The position numbers were made by a program, and so were the translations under genes. Source: a bacterium (lineage in GTDB: Bacteria > Sysuimicrobiota > Sysuimicrobiia > Sysuimicrobiales > Kaftiobacteriaceae). Taken from it: a stretch of DNA of 15,656 nucleotides. Shown piece by piece: positions 1-7,997 of the stretch (the first letter of the stretch is position 1; each line of letters starts with the position of its first letter). The notes under the pieces were generated by a model. The model saw nothing but the letters and a program-made list of their open reading frames with translations, was not told the origin of the DNA and made no database searches. The stretch covers positions 1 through 15,656 of the forward strand of contig JBIOWP010000142.1 in assembly GCA_044868695.1 (NCBI GenBank), given 5' to 3'.

Positions 1-160
1 CACTGTCGACCGCGATCCCCATCAGCTCAGTGAGAGGCCTCTCGTAGCGGAACCGACCCCAGACGCTACCTAACACGTTGTCCAGGAGGACGGCGTGAAA
101 CCACCCGACCGCACCGACTACAATGAGAGAAATTCCAAGCACTCTTATTCCTCTGGCCAT
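1..160 (-). CDS. Partial (runs off window) hypothetical protein with N-terminal hydrophobic anchor, possibly NHL/beta-propeller type
   Basis: Hand translation from ATG at 160: MARGIRVLGISLIVVGAVGWFHAVLLDNVLGSVWGRFRYERPLTELMGIAVDS, open to the window edge. Basic N-terminus plus hydrophobic stretch, GIAVDS resembles an NHL-repeat strand, AGGGA lies 5 nt upstream. Not in the ORF track. Confidence 0.4.
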   Translation of the reverse strand, partial: MARGIRVLGISLIVVGAVGWFHAVLLDNVLGSVWGRFRYERPLTELMGIAVDS

Positions 161-303
161 GCGAATCCCTAAGACGAGAGAGGAAAGTCAGCCACGGGAC
201 TACGGACCTACCTGCCCTATGACGGCGGCCAGGCGTGCCTTTCGTTCATTCTCGCCTGTCTCCTTGGCCCTACCCGGGATGCATCCGCACGCTCCGAGAT
301 CGC

Positions 304-331
304 TTGCCATACAGGGAATTATGGCTATAAT
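304..331 (+). promoter_or_regulatory. Sigma70-type promoter of the TA operon
   Basis: TTGCCA (304-309), 16-bp spacer, perfect TATAAT (326-331). The toxin ATG is at 340 with no Shine-Dalgarno. Confidence 0.75.
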
Positions 332-340
332 ATAGCCATA
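320..340. promoter_or_regulatory. Palindromic operator, likely TA autorepression site
   Basis: TATGGCTATA-A-TATAGCCATA: perfect 10-bp inverted repeat covering the -10 box and the first base of the start codon. Confidence 0.75.
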
Positions 341-633
341 TGCGCTTTGAGATCCTCTTATCCCCCGAGGCTGTTGAGGACCTCAAAGCTCTCAAGGCAT
401 ATCTCCGGGCCGAGGTGAAAGATGCGATCGAGCGACATCTCCGGTACCGGCCGAAAAGGACGAGTAAGACGCGTATCAAACGGCTAAGAGGGGTCTCCCG
501 GCCACAATACCGGCTCCGAGTTGGAGATGTCCGGGTATTCTACGACGTAGTAGGAAATGAAGTTCAGGTGCTCGCGGTTGTCCTGAAGGACGACGCGGCT
601 GAGTGGCTGAGAAAGGTAGGCCAGGATCGATGA
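340..633 (+). CDS. Type II toxin, RelE/ParE superfamily
   Basis: 97 aa, basic. MRFEILLSPEAVEDLKAL ... IKRLRG ... YRLRVGDVRVFYDV ... VQVLAV matches the RelE pattern (YRLRVGDYRxxY). Confidence 0.9.
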   Translation: MRFEILLSPEAVEDLKALKAYLRAEVKDAIERHLRYRPKRTSKTRIKRLRGVSRPQYRLRVGDVRVFYDVVGNEVQVLAVVLKDDAAEWLRKVGQDR

Positions 634-875
634 GGAGAGTTCCTCTACACAAGGTAAAAGATGATCTGTCAAGATACCTCCGCGCGTCGGAGAAGGAGGA
701 AGTCATCATTACCCGACACGGGAAGCCTGCCGGCGTATTGATCGGCTTCGAATCGGAAGATGACTGGCTTGAATACAGACTCGAGCACGACCCGCGATTC
801 CTTCGTCGTGTTGCACAGGCACGCCGCAGCATCGCGGCAGGCAAGGGCATTCCACTAGAAGAAATCCCGATCTGA
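630..875 (+). CDS. Type II antitoxin, Phd/YefM family
   Basis: 81 aa from the ATG at 630, which overlaps the toxin stop (ATGA). VPLHKVKDDLSRYL ... EEVIITRHGKPAGVLIG is the Phd/YefM DNA-binding domain pattern, followed by an acidic segment and a GKGIPLEEI tail. Confidence 0.9.
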   Translation: MRRVPLHKVKDDLSRYLRASEKEEVIITRHGKPAGVLIGFESEDDWLEYRLEHDPRFLRRVAQARRSIAAGKGIPLEEIPI

Positions 876-974
876 CCACCGAATCTCGACGTCCTCTCGT
901 CCCACTCGTCTGGTACTGGATCTGGAGAGGATCAGTGCAAGGGCCAGGGCAATAGTCCCGCGAAGAGGTGCGCC

Positions 975-2729
975 ATGCTGGATCTTATGACCGGGGCGTC
1001 CGGCCCTGTAGTCGGCGTCACGCAAGGCAGGCCGGAGTTCTTGGCCAGGAAGTACGCGGTCAGTTCGAGCCACTATCTGGCCACGATGACCGGCCTGCGC
1101 ATGTTCGCGCTTGGGGGAAACGCTGCGGATGCGGGTGTGGCCGCTGGGATCGCGCTCAACGTGCTCGAGCGCCACCTGACAGATTTTGGCGGTGTGGCGC
1201 CGATCATGTTCTTTCGGCCCGGGATGTCGCGCCCTGAAACGATCGCCGGGGTTGGATGCTGGCCGCGCCGGCTGACCCTCGAGCGGTATCTCGAGCGGTA
1301 CGGGGGCGACATGCCGATCGGCGCGCCGCGGTACGTGACGCCGGCGGCGCCGGACGCGTGGTTGACGGCGTTGGCGCGATACGGCCGCCTGACGCTGGGC
1401 GAGATCCTGCAACCGGCATACGAATTGTGCGAAGGGTTCCCGGTCTACGGCCGCCTCGCGCGGGCGATTGCCAACCTGGCCTCCCGACTCCGTGAATGGC
1501 CTGCCAGCGCACGGGTCTTCCTGCCCAACGGCCGGCCGCCGCATGTGGGTGAAATCCTCGTGCAGCGCGAGCTGGGTAGCCTGTTTCGACGACTGATGGA
1601 CGTGGAGCGCGGCGCCGCGCATCGCGGACGCGAGGCGGCTATCATGGCGGCCCGGGACGAGGTCTACCGCGGCGAGATTGCGCACCTCCTTGCTGTCCAT
1701 GCCGAGCGGACCGGCAGCGAGTTGGACGCGGAGGACCTGGCTGCCTACCGTGTCGCCGTGGAACCGTCGATCTCGTCGCCGTACCGAGACGTGGAGGTAC
1801 ATGCCTGCGGTCCATGGTCACAGGGCCCGCTCCTGCCGATGGTCTTGAATCTGCTGCAGGGAACGAATCCGCGGCACCTGGGTCAGGGAATCGCAGCCTA
1901 CTTGCACTATCTCATCGAGGCGATCAAGCTTGCGTGCGCGGACCGAGAAGCTTTCTTCGGCGACCCGAATTCCGTCGACGTGCCGATCGCGGGGCTGCTC
2001 GATCCTGACTATTCGGACGAGCGGCGGCGCCTCATCGATCCGGCTCGCGCGTGCCCGCGGCTCCCGTTGCCCGGGAATCCGTGGCGGTACGAGGGCCGCT
2101 CGGGCCCCGCGGGACACGTTCCGGTTGTCGCCGCCGGCGCGCCGCAGCCCGATACGTCCTTTGTGTGCGCGATGGACGCCGATGGCAACGCCTTTTGCGC
2201 CACGCCATCCGACCCCGGCATGAGCGCGCCCCTCGTCGATGACCTCGGCATTATCATCTCAACGCGCGGGGCCCAGCTGTGGACCACGCCGGGACACCCG
2301 TCGGCGATTGCGCCCGGGAAGCGTCCGCGGTTGACGCCAAACCCCGCCATGCTCGTGGCGTCTGGGCAGGCCGTGATGCCCCTGGGCTGTCCCGGCGGCG
2401 ATGCGCAGGTTCAAGCGATGGTTCAGGTGGTAGTGAATGTGTTGGACTTTGGGATGAACGTCCAGGCCGCTATCGAGGAGCCTAGAGTCATCTCGGCGAG
2501 TTTCCCTTCGTCCTTTCATCCCCACCCGTACGAACCCGGAGTGGTACGCGTCGAGGGCCGCATCCCCCCGCAAGTGCGGAACCGACTCGCCACACTCGGT
2601 CATACCATCGAGGTGCTGCCCGACGTCGCGCCGGTGGTGGCCGCGGTCTGCGCGATTCGGCGCCGGGACGGCGGTGTGCTCGAGGCCGGGGCGGATCCTC
2701 GTCGCGAAAGTTATGCCGCCGGCTGGTGA
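975..2729 (+). CDS. Gamma-glutamyltransferase family Ntn-hydrolase (no signal peptide)
   Basis: 584 aa. GGNAADAGVA, DFGG, GPWSQG, EAIKLACADR, nucleophile site PD-TSFVCAMDADGN, PGKRP, GCPGG and C-terminal GADPRR motifs. GAGGT RBS upstream. Confidence 0.92.
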   Translation: MLDLMTGASGPVVGVTQGRPEFLARKYAVSSSHYLATMTGLRMFALGGNAADAGVAAGIALNVLERHLTDFGGVAPIMFFRPGMSRPETIAGVGCWPRRLTLERYLERYGGDMPIGAPRYVTPAAPDAWLTALARYGRLTLGEILQPAYELCEGFPVYGRLARAIANLASRLREWPASARVFLPNGRPPHVGEILVQRELGSLFRRLMDVERGAAHRGREAAIMAARDEVYRGEIAHLLAVHAERTGSELDAEDLAAYRVAVEPSISSPYRDVEVHACGPWSQGPLLPMVLNLLQGTNPRHLGQGIAAYLHYLIEAIKLACADREAFFGDPNSVDVPIAGLLDPDYSDERRRLIDPARACPRLPLPGNPWRYEGRSGPAGHVPVVAAGAPQPDTSFVCAMDADGNAFCATPSDPGMSAPLVDDLGIIISTRGAQLWTTPGHPSAIAPGKRPRLTPNPAMLVASGQAVMPLGCPGGDAQVQAMVQVVVNVLDFGMNVQAAIEEPRVISASFPSSFHPHPYEPGVVRVEGRIPPQVRNRLATLGHTIEVLPDVAPVVAAVCAIRRRDGGVLEAGADPRRESYAAGW

Positions 2730-2791
2730 TTGTCGAACACGGTGCTTTGCGATCTCATCAGGTGCAGCGACATTAAGCGGGGGGTGATGCA

Positions 2792-4342
2792 ATGATGCTC
2801 GGCAGGTGGTGGAAGATCGTTTCGCTCTTTGTCAGTGCGGCGCTCGTCCTCGCCGCGGGCTCGGCCGTGGCGACGCAGGCGCAGACGCCCCGCACCCTGG
2901 TCGTGGCCCAGGGCGCCGACATCGTCACCGGCGACCCGGCCAAGAGTACCGCGCTCGCGACCATTGCCGTCCTGGCAAACATCTACGACACGCTTATTCA
3001 CCGGGATGTCAGCCTGAGTCTCAAGCCCGGACTGGCGCTCTCCTGGCAGGCCGTCGACCCCACTACCTGGGAGTTCAAGCTGCGCAAAGGCGTAAGATTT
3101 CACAACGGTGAGCCCTTCAATGCCGAGGCCGTCAAATTCTCGTTCAACCGAATGCTGGATCCCGCGACGAACTGGCCGGGCGCCGGGTCCCTGCGGCTGA
3201 TCAAGTCGGTGACCGTGGTGGACGACTACACGGTACGATTCGCCACCTCGCAGCCCTGGCCGGTGTTGCCGCGGCTCCTTGGGTACTACGGGATGATTGT
3301 GCCGCCAGGTTACCTGACGCAAAGTGGTCCGGACGCGCTCATCCGTCGCCCCGTGGGTACCGGACCCTACCGCTTCGTGAACTGGGTCAAGGATGACCGC
3401 GTAGAACTCGAAGCCAATCCTGACTATTGGGGCGGCAGGCCGAAAATCGACCGCGTCGTCGTTCGCGTCATCCCCACGGATGCGGCGCGGGTTGCGGAAC
3501 TGCTGGCTGGGTCGGTTCAAATGGCCCCCCTCTTGCCGCCCGAACTGTTCAGTGCCGTAAGGACCTCATCGAAGCTGAACCTGTCCGTCGGCAAGAGTCT
3601 GAGTGTGTTCTTCGTCATCCTCAACATGGTCAACGTCCCCAAGGACAAACCGCTGGCCGATCCACGGGTTCGGCAGGCCCTCAATTACGCGATCGACCGC
3701 CAAGCGATCTTAACCAGCGTCATGCGCAACGTGGGTACGCCGGTGTCGACCTTCTGTACCGAGGTGATGGCGGGCTGCGACCCGTCCATTCCGCCGTTCT
3801 CGTACGATCCGGACAAGGCCCGCGTGCTGCTGCGCGAGGCTGGCTATGCGAACGGGTTCGACTTCAGCATCAGCGGGACGAGCGGCTCCTACCCTGGCGA
3901 CCGCGATATTGTCCTCGCTGTGGCCGATCAACTCACCCGCGTCGGGGTACGCACGAAAGTGGACATCACGGAGATCGGCGTTCAGCTGAAGGCCGTACTC
4001 GCTCGGGAGCTCCAGGAGGACGGCTGGTTCACGCGATTCACCGATTTCTTCGGGATCAGTACCATCATTCCGCTCCGAGCATTCTATTCGCCCGGCGAAT
4101 GGTCTCAGTGGCGACCGGGGCACGCCCCGTTCAACCAACTGGTCGAGGCGGCGCAGGCGGCCCCCGACGAGGCAAAACTGGCCGACATCTCCAGGCGCCT
4201 CCAGTTAATGTACAAAGATCAGGCGCCGGCCATCACGCTGTTTGGCGCGCCTAACGCCTACGGCATGAGCCGCGATCTGGAGTACACGCCCCGGCCGGAC
4301 CTGGAATTGTACCTGTTCGACGCGTCTTGGAAGAGTCGTTGA
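2792..4342 (+). CDS. ABC transporter substrate-binding protein, family 5 (DppA/OppA/NikA-like)
   Basis: Sec-type signal peptide without lipobox. IYDTLI, LALSW, FKLRKGVRFHNGEPFNAEAVKFS, PVGTGPYRF, DPRVRQALNYAIDR. Confidence 0.95.
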   Translation: MMLGRWWKIVSLFVSAALVLAAGSAVATQAQTPRTLVVAQGADIVTGDPAKSTALATIAVLANIYDTLIHRDVSLSLKPGLALSWQAVDPTTWEFKLRKGVRFHNGEPFNAEAVKFSFNRMLDPATNWPGAGSLRLIKSVTVVDDYTVRFATSQPWPVLPRLLGYYGMIVPPGYLTQSGPDALIRRPVGTGPYRFVNWVKDDRVELEANPDYWGGRPKIDRVVVRVIPTDAARVAELLAGSVQMAPLLPPELFSAVRTSSKLNLSVGKSLSVFFVILNMVNVPKDKPLADPRVRQALNYAIDRQAILTSVMRNVGTPVSTFCTEVMAGCDPSIPPFSYDPDKARVLLREAGYANGFDFSISGTSGSYPGDRDIVLAVADQLTRVGVRTKVDITEIGVQLKAVLARELQEDGWFTRFTDFFGISTIIPLRAFYSPGEWSQWRPGHAPFNQLVEAAQAAPDEAKLADISRRLQLMYKDQAPAITLFGAPNAYGMSRDLEYTPRPDLELYLFDASWKSR

Positions 4343-4385
4343 TCCGGCAATCCGCACCGAACGTCCAGCGGGTGCCGAACCAGCA

Positions 4386-5315
4386 GTGAGCGGCTATCTG
4401 GTCCACCGGCTGGCTCTTTCGTTGATCGCCATGCTGGGCGTGATCACGATCGTGTTCATCCTGCTGCACGTCAGCGGCGATCCCGCCTTGCTGCTCGTGA
4501 CGCAGGATGCGACGCGGCAGGACATCGAGCGGATCCGGCAGACCTACGGCCTGGATCGCCCGCTCTCCGTGCAATACGTGCGATTCATCGAGCGCGTCGC
4601 CCGCGGCGATCTCGGATATTCGTACCGGCAGGGCCTGCCGGTTACCGAACTGATCGCCGGCCGGATCAGCGCGACATTCAAGCTGGCCCTTGCTTCCCTT
4701 GCCGTGGCGATCGTGCTCGGGGTGACGCTCGGCATGGCGGCAGCCGTGCGGCGGGGGTCGGGAGTTGATACGACGGCCATGACGGTTGCGCTCCTCGGGA
4801 CGAGCATGCCGAGCTTTTGGCTGGGGCTGCTGCTGATCATCGTCCTCGGCGTCAAACTGGGCTGGCTTCCGGTCTCCGGTTACGGCGGTCTCGACCATCT
4901 CGTCATGCCTGCGTTCGTACTCGGCGGTTTCTATGCGGCACAGGTCAGCCGGCTCACGCGAACGAGCCTGCTCGAGGTCCTCGCTCAAGACTACATCCGC
5001 ACGGGGCGGGCCAAGGGCCTGAGGCCTCGTACGGTGCTGTTCAGACACGCCCTGCGCAACGCGGCGCTTCCGGTGCTCACGGTGCTTGGACTCAGCTTCG
5101 GGCAGATGCTTGGCGGAGCGATCGTCGTGGAGTCCATCTTCGCCTGGCCGGGCATGGGACGCCTCGCCGTACAGGCGGTGCTGGGCCGCGATTTCCCGGT
5201 CGTACAGGGCGTCACGATCGTCGGCGCGGCTGTGTTTCTCGCCGTCAATCTTACCGTGGATCTGATCTATGGCTGGGTCGACCCTCGCCTTCGAAGCGCC
5301 GCGCAGCGGGCGTAG
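4386..5315 (+). CDS. ABC transporter permease (DppB/OppB-like)
   Basis: GLDRPLSVQY, GDLGYS, MPSFWLG, EAA loop QDYIRTGRAKGL, VESIFAWPGMG, DLIYGWVDPR. Confidence 0.95.
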   Translation: MSGYLVHRLALSLIAMLGVITIVFILLHVSGDPALLLVTQDATRQDIERIRQTYGLDRPLSVQYVRFIERVARGDLGYSYRQGLPVTELIAGRISATFKLALASLAVAIVLGVTLGMAAAVRRGSGVDTTAMTVALLGTSMPSFWLGLLLIIVLGVKLGWLPVSGYGGLDHLVMPAFVLGGFYAAQVSRLTRTSLLEVLAQDYIRTGRAKGLRPRTVLFRHALRNAALPVLTVLGLSFGQMLGGAIVVESIFAWPGMGRLAVQAVLGRDFPVVQGVTIVGAAVFLAVNLTVDLIYGWVDPRLRSAAQRA

Positions 5316-6183
5316 CGCCGCGCGCGCGTCGCCGCTCCGCCGCCTCTTGCGTAGTCCCTCGGGGGCCGTTGGTTCTGCGCTCCTGGCCGTGATCCTTGCG
5401 GCCGGGTTTGGCGGTTCCTTCGTGACACCCTACGACCCGACCGCGCAGAATCTGAGCATGACGGTGCATCCGCCGTCATTGACGCCAGTGCGGGGTAGCG
5501 TCCACCTGCTCGGCACAGATCAATTGGGACGCGACATCTTCAGCCGGCTGTTGGTCGGCCTTCGGATCTCCCTGCTAATGGCGCTCACGGTCGTTCCGGT
5601 CTCGCTGATGCTCGGCCTCGCGGTCGGGATGGTGACTGGCTACCGCAGCGGCTGGCTCGACGTTGCGCTCATGCGCCTCGTCGATGCTCAACTATCCATC
5701 CCAACGCTGCTTCTCGCGGTGGCCGTGGTCGCGGTGCTCGGGACGGGGCTGTTCCAAATTGTGGCGGTGCTGGTGATCGCGGGGTGGCCGGGTTACGCGC
5801 GCGTCGTGCGCGCCGAGGTCCTGGCCCTGCGCCAACGCGAGTTCGTGGCGGCGGCCCGTGCGGTGGGCGCCTCCGACCTCCGTATCCTCGCTCGCCACGT
5901 CCTGCCGAACCTGCTCCCCACCATGCTGGTGCTGGGCACCCTGCATCTGCCGGTGGTGATCATCTTCGAGGCCGCGCTGAGCTTCCTCGGCCTCGGCATC
6001 CAACCGCCGATGCCCAGCCTGGGCCAGATGATCGCCGGGGCGCAAAGCCTGTTGTGGCAGGCCTGGTGGATGCCGGTGATACCCGGGGTCGCCATCACGC
6101 TGGTGGTGCTCGCGTTCAATCTGTTGGGCGACCGCATGCGGGACGTGCTTGATCCACGGCTGCGGGGACTCGGACCTGCGTGA
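5269..6183 (+). CDS. ABC transporter permease (DppC/OppC-like)
   Basis: HLLGTDQLGRDIFSR, EAA loop EFVAAARAVGAS, FEAALSFLGLG, FNLLGDRMRDVLDPR. The start is approximate (47-nt overlap with the upstream gene). Confidence 0.93.
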   Translation: MAGSTLAFEAPRSGRSAARASPLRRLLRSPSGAVGSALLAVILAAGFGGSFVTPYDPTAQNLSMTVHPPSLTPVRGSVHLLGTDQLGRDIFSRLLVGLRISLLMALTVVPVSLMLGLAVGMVTGYRSGWLDVALMRLVDAQLSIPTLLLAVAVVAVLGTGLFQIVAVLVIAGWPGYARVVRAEVLALRQREFVAAARAVGASDLRILARHVLPNLLPTMLVLGTLHLPVVIIFEAALSFLGLGIQPPMPSLGQMIAGAQSLLWQAWWMPVIPGVAITLVVLAFNLLGDRMRDVLDPRLRGLGPA

Positions 6184-6325
6184 CGATGGAGGGCAGAGCT
6201 TCCATTAGCGCTGGGGTCCCGCCAGGGCTCGAACAAGGAAGCAAGGATCTCCTAAGCATGAAGCATGAACTGCGGCGCTCTGGAAATGCCCGGAGATGAA
6301 CGTCACAGCACCCTGTACGCTTCGG

Positions 6326-7120
6326 CTAGCGCCGCCTCTGTGCCCGCCGCCACGTCACCGGCAGTCGCATCATCTGATTCGGCTCACGGGCATCGTACAG
6401 CCAGCGGAGTGCGGATTCCAGGATGTCCCGCTGCGTCTGATTGTCCTGCGGCTCGCCGTAGGGATCGCCGTACGGGAATCGCACATATAGCGCACGCGGA
6501 ACCCCCACCCCGAAGGTCACAACCGGGGCCATCGTGACGCTCACCGTCGCGATGCCGGCATGCTCGAGAACATTCTGGGCAAGTCCCACGGACCGGTGGC
6601 ACATGGGTCAGCCGGGGGAGAACACCGCCGCATCCACCCGATCCGATTCAAGCCGGGCGGCCAGCGCCGGCGTGGTGACCCAACGGAACCTGCTCGGATC
6701 GGGGATGAATCCCATGCACCCCCCATGCCACGCGGCGACGCTCCCTACCACCCCTTCGGCCGCGAGCTCGCGGAGGCGGTCGATCGGGAACATGCAGTTC
6801 GGATCTTTGTCGGGATCCGTGTGATCGTAGTGATCGTGCGCGAACCGCAGCCGGCCGGCATCCACGTCGCCGGAGATCCAGCGGATCGAGTCGTCCCCGC
6901 TGTGGGACTCAAGATCGAACGGCGGGTCGCCCACCACGTAGACACCGCCTGTGGACACGAGGGCGACGCGGGCTGCCGGTAGCGGCTTGGTGAGACGGTG
7001 GAAGGCGATCGCGCTGTTGCGGACGGGCACGAAGTGTCCGGTATGCGACACGAGGGACCGCTCGTTGTAATCCGCCCACTGAGCCTCGAGGTCAGGGATC
7101 TCGAACGGAATAGGATCCAT
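6326..7120 (-). CDS. Selenoprotein of the PrdB/GrdB (D-proline/glycine/sarcosine/betaine reductase component B) family, 264 aa, Sec171 encoded by in-frame UGA
   Basis: ORFs 6608-7120 and 6326-6604 share a frame and are separated only by TGA (6610-6608) and CCC. Read-through gives DAAVFSPG-U-PMCHRSVGLAQNVLEHAGIATV, matching the PrdB-type UxxCHRS...E-xAGI pattern. The N-terminal part has VALVSTGGV, HYDH, DPNCMFPIDRLRELAAEG and MG motifs; the C-terminal part has VPRAL..FPYG..YG. Confidence 0.88.
6580..6595 (-). promoter_or_regulatory. Putative bacterial SECIS hairpin
   Basis: mRNA after UGA reads CCCAUGUGCCAC-CGGUCC-GUG-GGACUUG. GGUCC pairs with GGACU, closing a G-initiated apical loop (GUG) that starts 19 nt after the UGA. 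Folded by eye only. Confidence 0.6.
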
Positions 7121-7152
7121 TAGCGTGGAGCCCGCCTCATCGCTCGCGGCCC

Positions 7153-7995
7153 TCAGTCATACCGGTACGGGAACAGGGGAACACCCGGATGATTGGCGGG
7201 GTGGCCGATCGGAAACGGCGTGTCGTAGCTGTCGATCTGATACCAGGTGTTCTCCGGCCCGTGGATCATCGCGTCCTGCCAGAGATCCACTGGAACGCCC
7301 CGCGTCTCGACCTCCTTGATCGCCCCGTCGGCGTCGGCCACGTCGAACGCGATGTGGTTGAGCCGCGTGGCTTCGATGTCATGACGGAGGAAGAGAGGGA
7401 GAAGGCTCACCTGCCTCCCGACGGCATCCACCGGCGCATCGCCGTACTTGATCGTCTGGATGAACTCCCCGCGGCGGTCGAAGGTCTGGACACGATCCAT
7501 CCCAAACACCTCGGCGAGCCAGGCCAGCGTGGGCGCATGGGATACGACGTCGAGGGCGACGTGATGGACTCCCCGCACGAGACTGCGGACGGCCGGATCC
7601 CACGCCACGTCCGCCATCCGGGTCGACGGGTCGCCGGCCGGCGCCAGGCGCGGACCCAGCACGCTCGTGATGCTCACCGCGAGCCCGCCGGGGGCCCGGA
7701 TGATGTCCTCACCGTCGACTTCGTAGCCGCGCCGGCGCAGTCCGGCAACCGCCTCATTCACCGGTACGTCGACGGCGATGGCGATGTAGCGCAGGCGGCA
7801 GCGGGGGATGAACGGCCGGTTGTAGAGCACGAGCAGCGGGTCGCCCCCGCCGGGGACACCGACCGTCCTCACGTACTCTCCACGCCAGTACCCGTGGGCG
7901 AGCAACTGCAGGCCAAAGACGTCGCGCAGATATCGCTCCATACGCGTAGGGCTGGACAGCTCCAGTGCCACATGCGCGACCCGCTGCGCCCGCAC
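7153..7995 (-). CDS. Tandem VOC (glyoxalase/extradiol dioxygenase superfamily)-like protein, paralog C
   Basis: 280 aa, GTG start 2 nt after the upstream stop. Repeated beta-alpha-beta-beta-beta style modules AHVALEL..DVFGL, RYIAIAV..LRRRGY, HHVALDV..EVFGM, NHIAFDVAD..IHGPE..YQI. Clearly homologous to two other ORFs in the window. Confidence 0.78.
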   Translation of the reverse strand: MRAQRVAHVALELSSPTRMERYLRDVFGLQLLAHGYWRGEYVRTVGVPGGGDPLLVLYNRPFIPRCRLRYIAIAVDVPVNEAVAGLRRRGYEVDGEDIIRAPGGLAVSITSVLGPRLAPAGDPSTRMADVAWDPAVRSLVRGVHHVALDVVSHAPTLAWLAEVFGMDRVQTFDRRGEFIQTIKYGDAPVDAVGRQVSLLPLFLRHDIEATRLNHIAFDVADADGAIKEVETRGVPVDLWQDAMIHGPENTWYQIDSYDTPFPIGHPANHPGVPLFPYRYD

Positions 7996-7997
7996 CG

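Noticed and set aside
123..335. 70-aa plus-strand ORF upstream of the toxin as a third TA component
   Set aside because: No RBS or motif. It overlaps the TA promoter and the more plausible minus-strand ORF.
6184..6325. Convergent intergenic gap as terminator or sRNA (AAGCATG tandem, GCTTCC/GGAAGC)
   Set aside because: No strong stem with a U tract on either strand and no recognisable RNA family.
6326..7120. Pseudogene or two separate genes (170 aa + 92 aa)
   Set aside because: The single stop is TGA, exactly at the family's catalytic Sec position (UxxC), with a SECIS-like hairpin and no other lesions.
2727..7155. Other TGA stops (GGT 2727-2729, SBP 4340-4342, permease 6181-6183, VOC 7153-7155) as further Sec codons
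   Set aside because: Each falls at the natural C-terminus of its family, with no Cys-motif context or homologous continuation.
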